From IMG/VR virus record IMGVR_UViG_3300033273_000374, positions 138,914-202,913 of that record: DNA of 64,000 bases. The stretch is one strand, 5' to 3'. The DNA is from a virus (taxonomy: Duplodnaviria > Heunggongvirae > Uroviricota > Caudoviricetes). The position numbers were made by a program, and so were the translations under genes. Each line of letters starts with the position of its first letter. Within the stretch, counting starts at the first letter, position 1. This document shows, piece after piece, positions 8,814 to 18,172 of this stretch. Below the pieces are notes generated by a model. It saw only the letters and a list, made by a program, of their open reading frames with translations. It did not search any database and had not been told where the DNA came from.

Positions 8814-9589
8814 TATGCAGTCTTTTCTAGTTGTGCTACAACCGCTGCTTTTAATTTAGCATCTGCATTGATAGTTTTAAGAAGTTTTGCAACTTTAGGG
8901 CTTGCTTGTGCAGGTGCTTGTGCTTGTGCTGCTGGTTGCGCACCGGCTGCTGCAGGCTTGTCTATGCTTTGTATTGCTTTCTTGTCAACTGCAAATATAG
9001 CACTACCAATTTTTAATTGTATTTGCTCATCGCCTTGTGCATCTTTTGTGTTGAGTGTAGCAGCATCTTTGTTTACCACTGCTTGTTTCTTTTCGCCTTT
9101 GGCATTTATGTATGTAACAGTGTCACCCACTTTAGGATCAATTGCAGGACCACTAGTGGCTACACCTGCTGCTGTTGGTTCATTGGGTTTGGGTTGTGCG
9201 CCTGCGGCAGCCGCTGCGGCTGTTCCAGCGCCTTTGTCTCCTCTGTTTACAGTTTTATAAATTGTTTCTTGGTATTTGGCTTTGATTGCACCTGTGATAT
9301 AAGCATCCAGTGCTTTAGAATCATCTGGATTGCCTGTGAATGGTGGTTCATTATTTTTTGGATCAGCAAAATCTACCACTTTGTTTGTTACGTCTGTGAT
9401 CAGTGCTGGTGCTTCTTTAGCATACACATCTGCGCCACGAGCCTTTAGTTGTGCCATTGCTTTTGTAACATCAGCTTTGACACCTTTGAGCACTGCAGGA
9501 ACCTGCTTTAATTTTTGGTTATACTCACGGTCAAGTTTCCGAGTCGCTACATCCACATCTGCTTCTAAAATTATTTGTGAAATTTTCAT
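8813..9589 (-). CDS. Probable internal head protein
   Basis: 258 aa; MKISQIILE-A; Ala/Pro linkers. Confidence 0.55.
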   Translation of the reverse strand: MKISQIILEADVDVATRKLDREYNQKLKQVPAVLKGVKADVTKAMAQLKARGADVYAKEAPALITDVTNKVVDFADPKNNEPPFTGNPDDSKALDAYITGAIKAKYQETIYKTVNRGDKGAGTAAAAAAGAQPKPNEPTAAGVATSGPAIDPKVGDTVTYINAKGEKKQAVVNKDAATLNTKDAQGDEQIQLKIGSAIFAVDKKAIQSIDKPAAAGAQPAAQAQAPAQASPKVAKLLKTINADAKLKAAVVAQLEKTA

Positions 9590-9834
9590 TTTGACTCACC
9601 TAATTTTTGTGCGCCACGCTTAAACTTTTTGGTATCACGTCCTCTGATGCTGTTGATAAGTCTGCGTTCTAAGTCGCCAGCAACTGCTTCGTCGTAGTGT
9701 TCATAAAACTCGTCAATTAAATTAATAGCACTTTCAATGATTTGACTACCACGTGATTCAAATACATGCTGTCTATCACGCTCGTGTATCATGTTATTAA
9801 GTTCATTTAAAATACTGCGAGTTTGTTTTTTCAT
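9586..9834 (-). CDS. Conserved phage hypothetical protein
   Basis: 82 aa; TRSILNEL..ESR...IIESAINL..LERRLINSIR. Confidence 0.6.
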   Translation of the reverse strand: MKKQTRSILNELNNMIHERDRQHVFESRGSQIIESAINLIDEFYEHYDEAVAGDLERRLINSIRGRDTKKFKRGAQKLGESK

Positions 9835-9894
9835 TACCTAGCACCCGATTTAATTTATTTATCGTTAAATACAGTATACTTGGAGGAGTAGGAG

Positions 9895-10626
9895 ATGTCA
9901 ATACAAGATAACCCTGGCGGCCATTTCGCTGAATTGGCCCGTATAGCATACATGACAGAAAAAGAAAGTAGACCTATTGCTAAAAAGATGGGATATAAGA
10001 AAACAAAACTCATCGATCAAAACGGTGCAGAGTGTCTTTTTTTAGAAAATGACGACACACTGGTGTTAGCATTCCGTGGAACAGAGCCCAAAGAGTTCTC
10101 AGATATTAAAGCAGATCTCAAAGCATGGAAGCGTAAAAGTAAAACCTGGGGCATGGTCCACGCAGGTTTTTATGAATATCTCAATAAAATTTGGGAAAGT
10201 GTGTTAAGACACATCAACTACGGCGACAGAGAAACAAAAAAATTGTATATTTGTGGACACAGTCTTGGTGGTGCAATGGCCACACTTGCTGCAAGTCGTT
10301 TGCAAGATCGTGTGATAGGATGTTACACCTATGGATCGCCACGTGTGGGTGGTCGTGTTTGGCGTAGCAAATGCACATTTGAACATCACAGATACGTCAA
10401 CAACAATGACATTGTGCCACGTGTTCCATTTTGGATTATGGGTTTTAGACACTATGGCGAATTACACTATATCAATCATTATGGTAATATTCGTAAACTC
10501 ACAGCCTGGCAGAAGTGTAAAGATCAATGGCGTGGACGATTGAGAGCATGGCAAAAGCGTGAGTTCTTTGATGGTGCTCGAGATCACAGCATGGTTCAAT
10601 ACAGTAAAAAAATTAACAAGAGTTGA
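9895..10626 (+). CDS. Class 3 lipase (alpha/beta hydrolase)
   Basis: AFRGTE, VHAGF, GHSLGG nucleophile elbow, YGSPRVG, NNDIVP, DH; strong GGAGGAG RBS. Confidence 0.9.
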   Translation: MSIQDNPGGHFAELARIAYMTEKESRPIAKKMGYKKTKLIDQNGAECLFLENDDTLVLAFRGTEPKEFSDIKADLKAWKRKSKTWGMVHAGFYEYLNKIWESVLRHINYGDRETKKLYICGHSLGGAMATLAASRLQDRVIGCYTYGSPRVGGRVWRSKCTFEHHRYVNNNDIVPRVPFWIMGFRHYGELHYINHYGNIRKLTAWQKCKDQWRGRLRAWQKREFFDGARDHSMVQYSKKINKS

Positions 10627-10658
10627 CCAAAAATCTTGTTTGCCTAGTTTTGCTGTAC

Positions 10659-10733
10659 TAAATACACTGTCATTTCAATGACACCAGGCACAAATAAAAC
10701 ATACTATAGGCATTTAGGCAAACAAGAGGCAGC
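10659..10733 (+). promoter_or_regulatory. Late promoter, hairpin and 4x AGGCA leader of DnaE
   Basis: TAAATA 10659-10664; TGTCATT/AATGACA inverted repeat 10668-10683; AGGCA at 10686, 10708, 10716, 10727. Confidence 0.6.
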
Positions 10734-12434
10734 ATGAAGTTACCAAACGATGCAGAGGCACAACTAAATCGATTACTAGGCGCATTCATAAGGCAAATAC
10801 CAGAGGCACCCGAATATCGAGAGAGACTGGTCGAAGAACTTGAGATCATACTCAAATTACGCTTCACCGATTACTTCCTAACAATTTGCGATGTACTGAC
10901 GCTAACCGCGGACATTCCCCACATGACCAGAGGTTCAGCAGGGTCAAGTCTTGTGTGTTACCTATTAGGTATCACTGATGTGGATCCCATAAGATGGCAA
11001 ATACCGGTTGCACGTTTCCTAAATCCTTTGAGGGATGACTTGCCAGATGTGGACATAGACTTTCCGCATTGGCAACAGGATACTGTGATGCAAAGAGTAT
11101 TTGCGAAATGGCCTGGTCGCAGTGCAAGAATCAGTAACTATGTGCTATACAAGGAGCGCAGTGCCCGTAGAGAAGCGGCACGCCGTCTTGGCGCATCTGG
11201 CAAACTCCCTCGCAATTTTAAGTATGAAGATTATGACATCGATAAGGAAGAGGCAATGAGGCTCGAAAAGAAACTACTAGGCAAAAAAAGATCAATATCA
11301 AAACACTGTGGTGGCATTGTGATACTAAAACACAAGGTGCCAAAAAGTCTAATCAACCAAGACAATCAGTTGATGCTGGACAAAAGAGAAGTAGAAGATT
11401 TAGAACATCTAAAAATAGACATACTGGCCAACAGAGGGTTGAGCCAACTGTTAGAAATAGACAGTGACACACCACTGGAAGCATATCCAGAACAAGATTT
11501 TGAAACATCACAACTGTTGTGTAGAGGTGATGTGCTAGGCGTAACGCAGGCTGAGTCCCCGGCCATGCGACGCCTGTTCCAAGCAATACAACCACAATCA
11601 AAAGCAGATTGTGTGTTTGCCACAGCACTGATTCGTCCTGTGGCCACAACAGGAAGACAAAAGGCAGCATTTTTTCAAGACTGGACAGAAAGCGCACTAG
11701 AAGATACCATAGTGTATGAAGATGATGCCATACACAAAATAGCAAACCTAATTGGTTGCGACATGTATGAAGCAGACATGTATCGTCGTGCATTTGCAAA
11801 ACGTGACGAAGAACGTGTGATGGAATTTATGGGCAAGATGGGAGAATGTGAAGACAAAGAACAGATTATCCAAGAACTGTATGGCTTGGGTAACTTTGGG
11901 TTGTGTAGAGCACATGCTGTGAATCTTGGAAGGCTGATTTGGGCATTAGCATATCAAAAAGCACACAACCCAAAGGATTTTTGGCGTGCTGCACTCAAAC
12001 ACTGTGTGGGATCATACAGACGTTGGGTACACAAAACGGAAGCAAAGAATGCGGGGTGGGATCTACGTGAACTGGGTTATGAGAATGGCATCACCAGCAC
12101 ACCACAAGCACAGTATCGCAAACATGGTTATTGGACACAACCTGACTTTATGCCTGGTATGTTTATACAAGAAACTTGGGGCGATAGAGTAAACTTTGCA
12201 GGACTCATAGCCAATGGCAGAACATTCCGTGGTGAAAGTGGACGCTATGTTACATTTGTTACTGCAGGCATTGCCAATGGCGAGTATGTGGACATCACAG
12301 TCAAACGTCCGTTCTCACACAAGGATCATGATGTTATTGTGGGTTCAGGTAAGATACGCATAAGCAACGGTGCACGTTACATTGAGTGTTATGATGCACA
12401 AGGTCATAGATTAGAAAAATATTTGTCAAATTGA
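10734..12434 (+). CDS. dnaE: Family C DNA polymerase (DnaE-like) lacking the PHP domain
   Basis: RGSAGSSLVCYLLGITDVDP, FLNP.R, PDVDIDF, HCGG, KIDIL (three catalytic Asp), C-terminal OB-like segment. Confidence 0.9.
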   Translation: MKLPNDAEAQLNRLLGAFIRQIPEAPEYRERLVEELEIILKLRFTDYFLTICDVLTLTADIPHMTRGSAGSSLVCYLLGITDVDPIRWQIPVARFLNPLRDDLPDVDIDFPHWQQDTVMQRVFAKWPGRSARISNYVLYKERSARREAARRLGASGKLPRNFKYEDYDIDKEEAMRLEKKLLGKKRSISKHCGGIVILKHKVPKSLINQDNQLMLDKREVEDLEHLKIDILANRGLSQLLEIDSDTPLEAYPEQDFETSQLLCRGDVLGVTQAESPAMRRLFQAIQPQSKADCVFATALIRPVATTGRQKAAFFQDWTESALEDTIVYEDDAIHKIANLIGCDMYEADMYRRAFAKRDEERVMEFMGKMGECEDKEQIIQELYGLGNFGLCRAHAVNLGRLIWALAYQKAHNPKDFWRAALKHCVGSYRRWVHKTEAKNAGWDLRELGYENGITSTPQAQYRKHGYWTQPDFMPGMFIQETWGDRVNFAGLIANGRTFRGESGRYVTFVTAGIANGEYVDITVKRPFSHKDHDVIVGSGKIRISNGARYIECYDAQGHRLEKYLSN

Positions 12435-13390
12435 TCAAGTCCAAATCTAAACTGATCCATAAAACTGTCTAAATTTTCTCTAACCAGTGATAAATTTTTT
12501 TGGTGTCTATCCATATAATCCAGTTTCTTCACATTGTGATTTTCTAACAATTTACGATTAAGTTCTAGTGCATTTAAAATTCTTAGACCCGGATGTGCTT
12601 CATATTGATAGCTGTGATCAATTACATCATCAAATACATCAAAACCTATACGTGTAAGCTGTTCTGGCATAGCATATCCACCGCAAAATATAGGAAAACA
12701 ACAACCGTGCAATGTCATTAAATATTTTTCTGTAATTATGCAACCTTTTTCCCAAAAGACAGGTTCAGTAATAATACTAAAAGTACTGGAACAAAACTTT
12801 TCACTAAAAATAGCATTCCACAATTGGGAATGAGGCTTTCCGTTGTCATACTCTGGTGGATTGGTAATTCCTTCAAAAGGTATAAATTTTTTCTCTAAAA
12901 AACTATCAAATTTATATGGTGTTAAACGAGTGAATTCATCAATCATTATAAAGTGTTCGTTTTCTATTTCCCAACTTTGAGTATACTCAAAATCTATATG
13001 TCTATTTTGACTGAACCATGCGCTAACAAGAAGTCTATTTTCTCTACGCTTATTCATCATAACGAAACAATTTTTTTCGTCTGAATATTCTGCTGCAGAG
13101 ACATTTTTTAAGAAATCTTTACAGTTTTTTAATAAAATATACGGAATATATGTGTAAGGATATGGGAAATCTTTCCAATACAGGTATTCCCACCACACAT
13201 GCTCTACATTTACATTTTGTTTTTTGATAATTGACTCTATGCTATTGTAAGACTTGTCTATGTAAATACCTTCGTCGTTGTATTCAATTTTAGCATCCTC
13301 CCACGACACCGGTGGTTGATGATCTATAACAAATACCCAGCCATCATTGCCTGGCTTGATTATACCATCTGCTGTATCAATTAAAAGCAT
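12404..13390 (-). CDS. Conserved phage protein, TEK family paralogue
   Basis: IITEKYL..L...FPIF..GFDVFDDVIDHSY; MMNKRRENR. Confidence 0.55.
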   Translation of the reverse strand: MLLIDTADGIIKPGNDGWVFVIDHQPPVSWEDAKIEYNDEGIYIDKSYNSIESIIKKQNVNVEHVWWEYLYWKDFPYPYTYIPYILLKNCKDFLKNVSAAEYSDEKNCFVMMNKRRENRLLVSAWFSQNRHIDFEYTQSWEIENEHFIMIDEFTRLTPYKFDSFLEKKFIPFEGITNPPEYDNGKPHSQLWNAIFSEKFCSSTFSIITEPVFWEKGCIITEKYLMTLHGCCFPIFCGGYAMPEQLTRIGFDVFDDVIDHSYQYEAHPGLRILNALELNRKLLENHNVKKLDYMDRHQKNLSLVRENLDSFMDQFRFGLDQFDKYFSNL

Positions 13391-13395
13391 CTAAA

Positions 13396-14802
13396 CTAGC
13401 CACTTTGCTTCAATCCAGCCAACATATCTTTTAGTTTACTGCTCTGTACACTGGCTGTAATCTTGCCTACATCCTCATCACCTGCTTCAGCAACACCAGC
13501 ATTGTCTTTTGACTTGATTTGTTCATAGATACTGCTTGATTGTTTCTTGAACTGTTGATATTCTTCATCCTCGCCCAAGTCTCTGATGCGCAAACTTTCA
13601 ACATCAAACTCTAAATCAATCTTTTGTCCAACACCACTTGAACTACGTGTTTTCATAAGTTGCAATTGATAGCGTCCACGTTCACGCATTGCTCTACTTG
13701 TAAAGATACCAAACACATTGTCTGCAGTGTTGATCTTACTCAAGCCACCTGCAATCATGCTGTGATCAAATTCAATTTCTTCAACTGCACTACGATTCAA
13801 CTGACTTGCTGTAACAAACACACAGTTTAATTCTTTGGCTAAGTTGCGCAGTTCTTCACTCACATACTTGTCTTTAACAAACAGGTCATTGGGCGATACC
13901 TTGGCACTCACTGGCATGATCAAATCCAAATAGTCAATCAACAAAAAATCAATCTTCCAACCTAGTTTGATCTGCAGTTCTTTAAGGTATGCCCGTATGT
14001 CATTTACATTGCTCTGTGCTGGCATGTATTTGATCTGTAAACGGCCTGCTTTTTTGCCTACCATACGAACTTTCATTTCAACAGTGTCAAGATCTTTAAA
14101 CACCTCCTTGGTTGACACATTGGTCATCATGCTGTCAATGCGCATTGCACTCAAGCCTTCTGAAAGTTCCAGTGTGAGATACACACCATTTAACCCGCTA
14201 GTAGTCCAATTGACTGCTAGATTCTGCATGAACAAACTTTTGCCTGACCCTGATCCACCTGCAAATATATTGAGTTCACCCTTGTTCATGCCGCCAAACA
14301 GTTTCCTATCCACTGCTGGCCACCCTGTTGAAATCTGTCCATTGTTGTCTTTGAGTGCCATAAGTCTGGCTCTTGGATCAGCAAAGTAGTCTGTGCCCAT
14401 GTCTTTTGTGAGACTGATTTGTACAGCATCTTTGATGATCTTTTCAACAGGGTCGTATTCGCCTTTCTCAAGCAAGTCTGCACTTTTGAGAATGGCACGT
14501 TCTAGTTCTTGCCGCTTGGTGAATCCTTCAAACTCTGCAAGAAACCAGTCGTTGTGACTTTCAGTTACGTCTGGCACTGGCTTTAGTTCTACACCTGTCA
14601 CAGCCTGCACCTGCTCTCTTGTGGGCAGTGTGCCATGATCCTTGCTGTGTGTGTCTATGAACTGTGCAGTGTCTCGCAAACTACGATCAAAGTTGTCTAC
14701 ATTGAAAATGTTTTGCACCCGCACAAAGTTTTGTGCATCGTTAAGCATCATTTCTAAAAATAATTTTTGTAAGTCTGGTGTATATTCTTTTGTCATTTCC
14801 AA
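13396..14802 (-). CDS. 41: Replicative DnaB-like helicase (T4 gp41-like)
   Basis: GGSGSGKS Walker A, LTLELSE, LLIDYLD, TASQLNR, MKTRSS. Confidence 0.92.
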   Translation of the reverse strand: MEMTKEYTPDLQKLFLEMMLNDAQNFVRVQNIFNVDNFDRSLRDTAQFIDTHSKDHGTLPTREQVQAVTGVELKPVPDVTESHNDWFLAEFEGFTKRQELERAILKSADLLEKGEYDPVEKIIKDAVQISLTKDMGTDYFADPRARLMALKDNNGQISTGWPAVDRKLFGGMNKGELNIFAGGSGSGKSLFMQNLAVNWTTSGLNGVYLTLELSEGLSAMRIDSMMTNVSTKEVFKDLDTVEMKVRMVGKKAGRLQIKYMPAQSNVNDIRAYLKELQIKLGWKIDFLLIDYLDLIMPVSAKVSPNDLFVKDKYVSEELRNLAKELNCVFVTASQLNRSAVEEIEFDHSMIAGGLSKINTADNVFGIFTSRAMRERGRYQLQLMKTRSSSGVGQKIDLEFDVESLRIRDLGEDEEYQQFKKQSSSIYEQIKSKDNAGVAEAGDEDVGKITASVQSSKLKDMLAGLKQSG

Positions 14803-15779
14803 CCTAATTTATCAATACGATCTAAAATTTTTTCACTGTACATTTGATGTGTGAGTGGGCCCGGGTGCATATTGTCTGTGCCATAGTCTAAAAAGTAACT
14901 ATCGTGCTCAATTCCACATTGTTCATCTATCAATAGAAAATTTGATTGTGTACATAGCACTGAACTAATTTCTACGTCTACATGTATGCCTACTAGCAAT
15001 AGTTCAACACCTAGTTTTTTGCAAAAGTTTTCAACTTGTCGTATAGCCCTCATTCCAACATGATGCCAATGACGATCTGATATCATTTTTTGTGTGATTA
15101 TTCCTTTGAAATTTTTTGCTTCTGGTCGATCAAAAAAATGTATTCCTATGTGTTGTACACTATTACCTGTTATGTACCACGGAAGTCTATTGGTGTATGT
15201 TAATCCCCAAATAACTTTATCACCTTTTTGTAGATCTGCTCTCAGCAATTGATCACTTTGCCATTGTAAACTAGTTCTAGACTGTGCTAGATTTACAGTA
15301 GGAATATTTAGTTTGTTGCTAATAGATTTCCAATAAACTTCATCAAAATCTATAGCCTCTCCTGCTGTTGTGCTGCATCCTATAATCCATAGATTACTAT
15401 CTTGTGACAATCTTGGTTTTATGGTGGGTGCATCTAGTGCTGGAGTTTTATCTATCTCAAATATGGTTTGCTGCAATGTTGATATTATTTTACAGTAAAC
15501 ATAAGAAGTTTGTGCCATGCTGAATCTATCATCAACAGTTGCACCATCAGACCATACATCATCATTGGGAGAACAATAAATGATTTGAGTTGCTTTAAAC
15601 AATAGATCAATTAATCCTTTAACACCAACATCAGCAATGCTGGTATATATAACTCCAATGTGATTGCGATCTATATTACTATATTCCACTAGGTAAGCAT
15701 TAGGGTCAATCTCGTGCGCACGGTCTGACAGATAATTTGTACTATCGCCAACTATCACTGTTAAATTATTCATTAACAT
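14793..15779 (-). CDS. SGNH-hydrolase-like protein
   Basis: IIGCSTTAG block I, NLA, DNMHPG..TH block V. Confidence 0.6.
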   Translation of the reverse strand: MLMNNLTVIVGDSTNYLSDRAHEIDPNAYLVEYSNIDRNHIGVIYTSIADVGVKGLIDLLFKATQIIYCSPNDDVWSDGATVDDRFSMAQTSYVYCKIISTLQQTIFEIDKTPALDAPTIKPRLSQDSNLWIIGCSTTAGEAIDFDEVYWKSISNKLNIPTVNLAQSRTSLQWQSDQLLRADLQKGDKVIWGLTYTNRLPWYITGNSVQHIGIHFFDRPEAKNFKGIITQKMISDRHWHHVGMRAIRQVENFCKKLGVELLLVGIHVDVEISSVLCTQSNFLLIDEQCGIEHDSYFLDYGTDNMHPGPLTHQMYSEKILDRIDKLGWK

Positions 15780-16657
15780 TTTCCACAGTTAAAAACGCAA
15801 TAGTCATAACGTTCAGTTTGTATTGTACTATAGAATTCGTCAAAATACCTAATTTGTTCACTGAGTTTGGTTGTTGTTATGTTGTGTTTGCTACGATCAT
15901 GCCACCATTTGCTTTTATAATAAAATTCATAATGAGTCATCATACAACAAGGACTATAAATTCCTCTTGAACTTATGTAGTGTTCAACTCCAGTTTTGCA
16001 TATTGGATCTATCTCAAAATCTTTTTGATTTTGTTTTTTATAAAGTTGTTGAACTGTGTCACGTGGACCTATGTATTTTGTAGGTCTTAATGGATCATCG
16101 TTCAACCAACGATCGCTTGGCTCTACTCTAAATTCGTCAATACCAAAACTGTTGGCAATCTTTCTGGTATGTTCTATATCATGTTCATTGAAACTAAAAG
16201 GTATATACCTCCACATTGTTCTAGCTGGACCTGCAACACATTCTTCTATGCCAATTTTTATAGTGTTCCAGTCTGCATTTACTCGGTACTGAGTAAAGTT
16301 TTCGGGTGTGCCATCAATACTAAATTTTACACTATCAATTGGGCGTAGCACTTGATTAAACTTTTGCCACCAATTGCGAGTCTTGTAACTTCCGTTAGTA
16401 GTGATATGCATGCGATTGCATTTTTTTGTTAGCACATCAACTAGTTCTATAAACTTGCGATGATATATTGGATCACCTGTATTACCGCATAAATTAATAT
16501 CGTCTACTGGTGTATCTATAAATGATTCTAATGCATCTATATCAATGTCGTTTATAGCAAAGTTTTTCTTTCCAAACCTGTCCATAAAAGTTGTGCGCTC
16601 GCATCTAGGACATGCAAGTGTACATCTGCTAGTGGGTTCAATGTGCAAACTAACCAA
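15773..16657 (-). CDS. Radical SAM protein with SPASM/twitch-like Cys-rich tail
   Basis: CTLACPRC, CGNTGDP, TTNGS, FSIDG, C-terminal PCC and C...C. Confidence 0.88.
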   Translation of the reverse strand: MVSLHIEPTSRCTLACPRCERTTFMDRFGKKNFAINDIDIDALESFIDTPVDDINLCGNTGDPIYHRKFIELVDVLTKKCNRMHITTNGSYKTRNWWQKFNQVLRPIDSVKFSIDGTPENFTQYRVNADWNTIKIGIEECVAGPARTMWRYIPFSFNEHDIEHTRKIANSFGIDEFRVEPSDRWLNDDPLRPTKYIGPRDTVQQLYKKQNQKDFEIDPICKTGVEHYISSRGIYSPCCMMTHYEFYYKSKWWHDRSKHNITTTKLSEQIRYFDEFYSTIQTERYDYCVFNCGKC

Positions 16658-17615
16658 GGCGTTTTCTCAACAGATTAATTTTTAAACTGTTTGATTGTTT
16701 TGCATCAAGTATGCTTTTGAGTGTAAACAGTTTACCATAACGCACAACAGCATCATTTACATCTTTAACATCGTTGTGCCATTCAGGAAAACTCACACTC
16801 CATCCATATTCTAATGCATCATCTATCAAACGTTGTCCTGCTCTATCTCTGTCCGGCACCAATATAACTTCTCTAGCCAATGTGTCAATGATTTGTGCTT
16901 GTTGTTCACTGCACTGATTGCTCATTATGCCCACACCACCTATGCACATTGCATCCAACAGTCCTTCAGTGACCACACAAAACCTAGCATTAGACAACTG
17001 ATTATCAATACCATACACATAGCCACTGTCATGGTTAGTAAAGTATTTGGGTCTACCTGTATCGTCTGTGGTCCTTGCACTGAATCCTATAACTTCGTTG
17101 TTCCAAGTGAAAGGCACAATGATGCGTTTCCACATGCCTGCAGGTTTGCTGTTGCTCCATAATAATTTATGCACAGGCAAACATCTGTCAACAGCATACT
17201 GTTGTATGTGTTTGGGCGCACGATCTAATGCTACCACTCCTTCTGGCAATGGTCGAGGTTTAAACTCTACAACAATAGCATCTTCGTCTGGTTCCAACAG
17301 TTCAACTGTGTCTTTGATACGCAGTGCTTCAATGTTTAGCATCTGTCGTGTGTTTTCGTCAATGCCCAACCATGTAAGCAGTTTGCGCAGTTTAAAACTG
17401 ATGTGCCGGCCGGGCTGCCAGCCTGTTTTAAATCCACAGTTGAAACAGTGATAACTCACAGCATCACCATTCATTATCACACCGCCTCTGCCTCTACGAT
17501 CTGTGCTTTCGCCATTGTGATGACAGCATACAGCATTAAACGAAATCCAACCACCACTGCTGGTTTTACGCTTGCCAGGCAACGCATCAAATACACTTTG
17601 TTGTATACTATTCAT
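16650..17615 (-). CDS. 61: DNA primase (T4 gp61-like)
   Basis: Zn-binding CC..H / HCFNC, TEGLLDA TOPRIM, PDRD, KDVND. Confidence 0.9.
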   Translation of the reverse strand: MNSIQQSVFDALPGKRKTSSGGWISFNAVCCHHNGESTDRRGRGGVIMNGDAVSYHCFNCGFKTGWQPGRHISFKLRKLLTWLGIDENTRQMLNIEALRIKDTVELLEPDEDAIVVEFKPRPLPEGVVALDRAPKHIQQYAVDRCLPVHKLLWSNSKPAGMWKRIIVPFTWNNEVIGFSARTTDDTGRPKYFTNHDSGYVYGIDNQLSNARFCVVTEGLLDAMCIGGVGIMSNQCSEQQAQIIDTLAREVILVPDRDRAGQRLIDDALEYGWSVSFPEWHNDVKDVNDAVVRYGKLFTLKSILDAKQSNSLKINLLRKRLG

Positions 17616-18172
17616 GTGTTTATTATAGCATCTAACTCGTTTTTGATCAATTGAAAAATACGTTTGTGTCCTCGCCCATTTGGATGCAAGTGATCAGCAA
17701 TGTACTGTTTTCTGTCCTGCATCAACACATCTACCATGTGTGGCACACAGTTGATATGCATGTGTTTGATACCTCGTAGTTCACAAGCATTAGAGACTAT
17801 TTGTTTTGGGTACCAGTCATGCACATCTTCAATATAGTTGCTTAATTGGTTGTTTACATAATCTACTACACTTGCTGTTAGCAGACTGCCACGTTTCTTT
17901 TGTTGTATGTAGTTGAGATGCTCCCAACAACCTGTGTGGTTATTGTACCAACTGTTGCGATTGGGATGTGACCACCCAAACAGCACCACATCATCTGATT
18001 GTATCTGGTGTTGCGTTTCGCAAAAATGTAGTGCTATCCATGGATTACTGGCACTGCTCTGACTGTGCTGTACAAAATCATAACCATAATGGTCAGCGGC
18101 TATAAGCCCATAACAGGTAGTGGCTTCTTCTCCTAGGCTTACACTGCAACCATATTGATGTATAGTAGGCAT
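17612..18172 (-). CDS. SGNH-hydrolase-like protein
   Basis: YGCSVSLG, SASN, GWS...R, HLHPNGRGH. Confidence 0.65.
   Translation of the reverse strand: MPTIHQYGCSVSLGEEATTCYGLIAADHYGYDFVQHSQSSASNPWIALHFCETQHQIQSDDVVLFGWSHPNRNSWYNNHTGCWEHLNYIQQKKRGSLLTASVVDYVNNQLSNYIEDVHDWYPKQIVSNACELRGIKHMHINCVPHMVDVLMQDRKQYIADHLHPNGRGHKRIFQLIKNELDAIINT
17622..17650 (-). promoter_or_regulatory. Sigma70-type promoter of primase (leaderless)
   Basis: TTGATC-17nt-TATAAT with TG extension, 6 nt before ATG. Confidence 0.65.

Noticed and set aside
10667-10683. Pho box (CTGTCAT)
   Set aside because: Single half-site arranged as an inverted repeat, with no 11-bp direct repeat.
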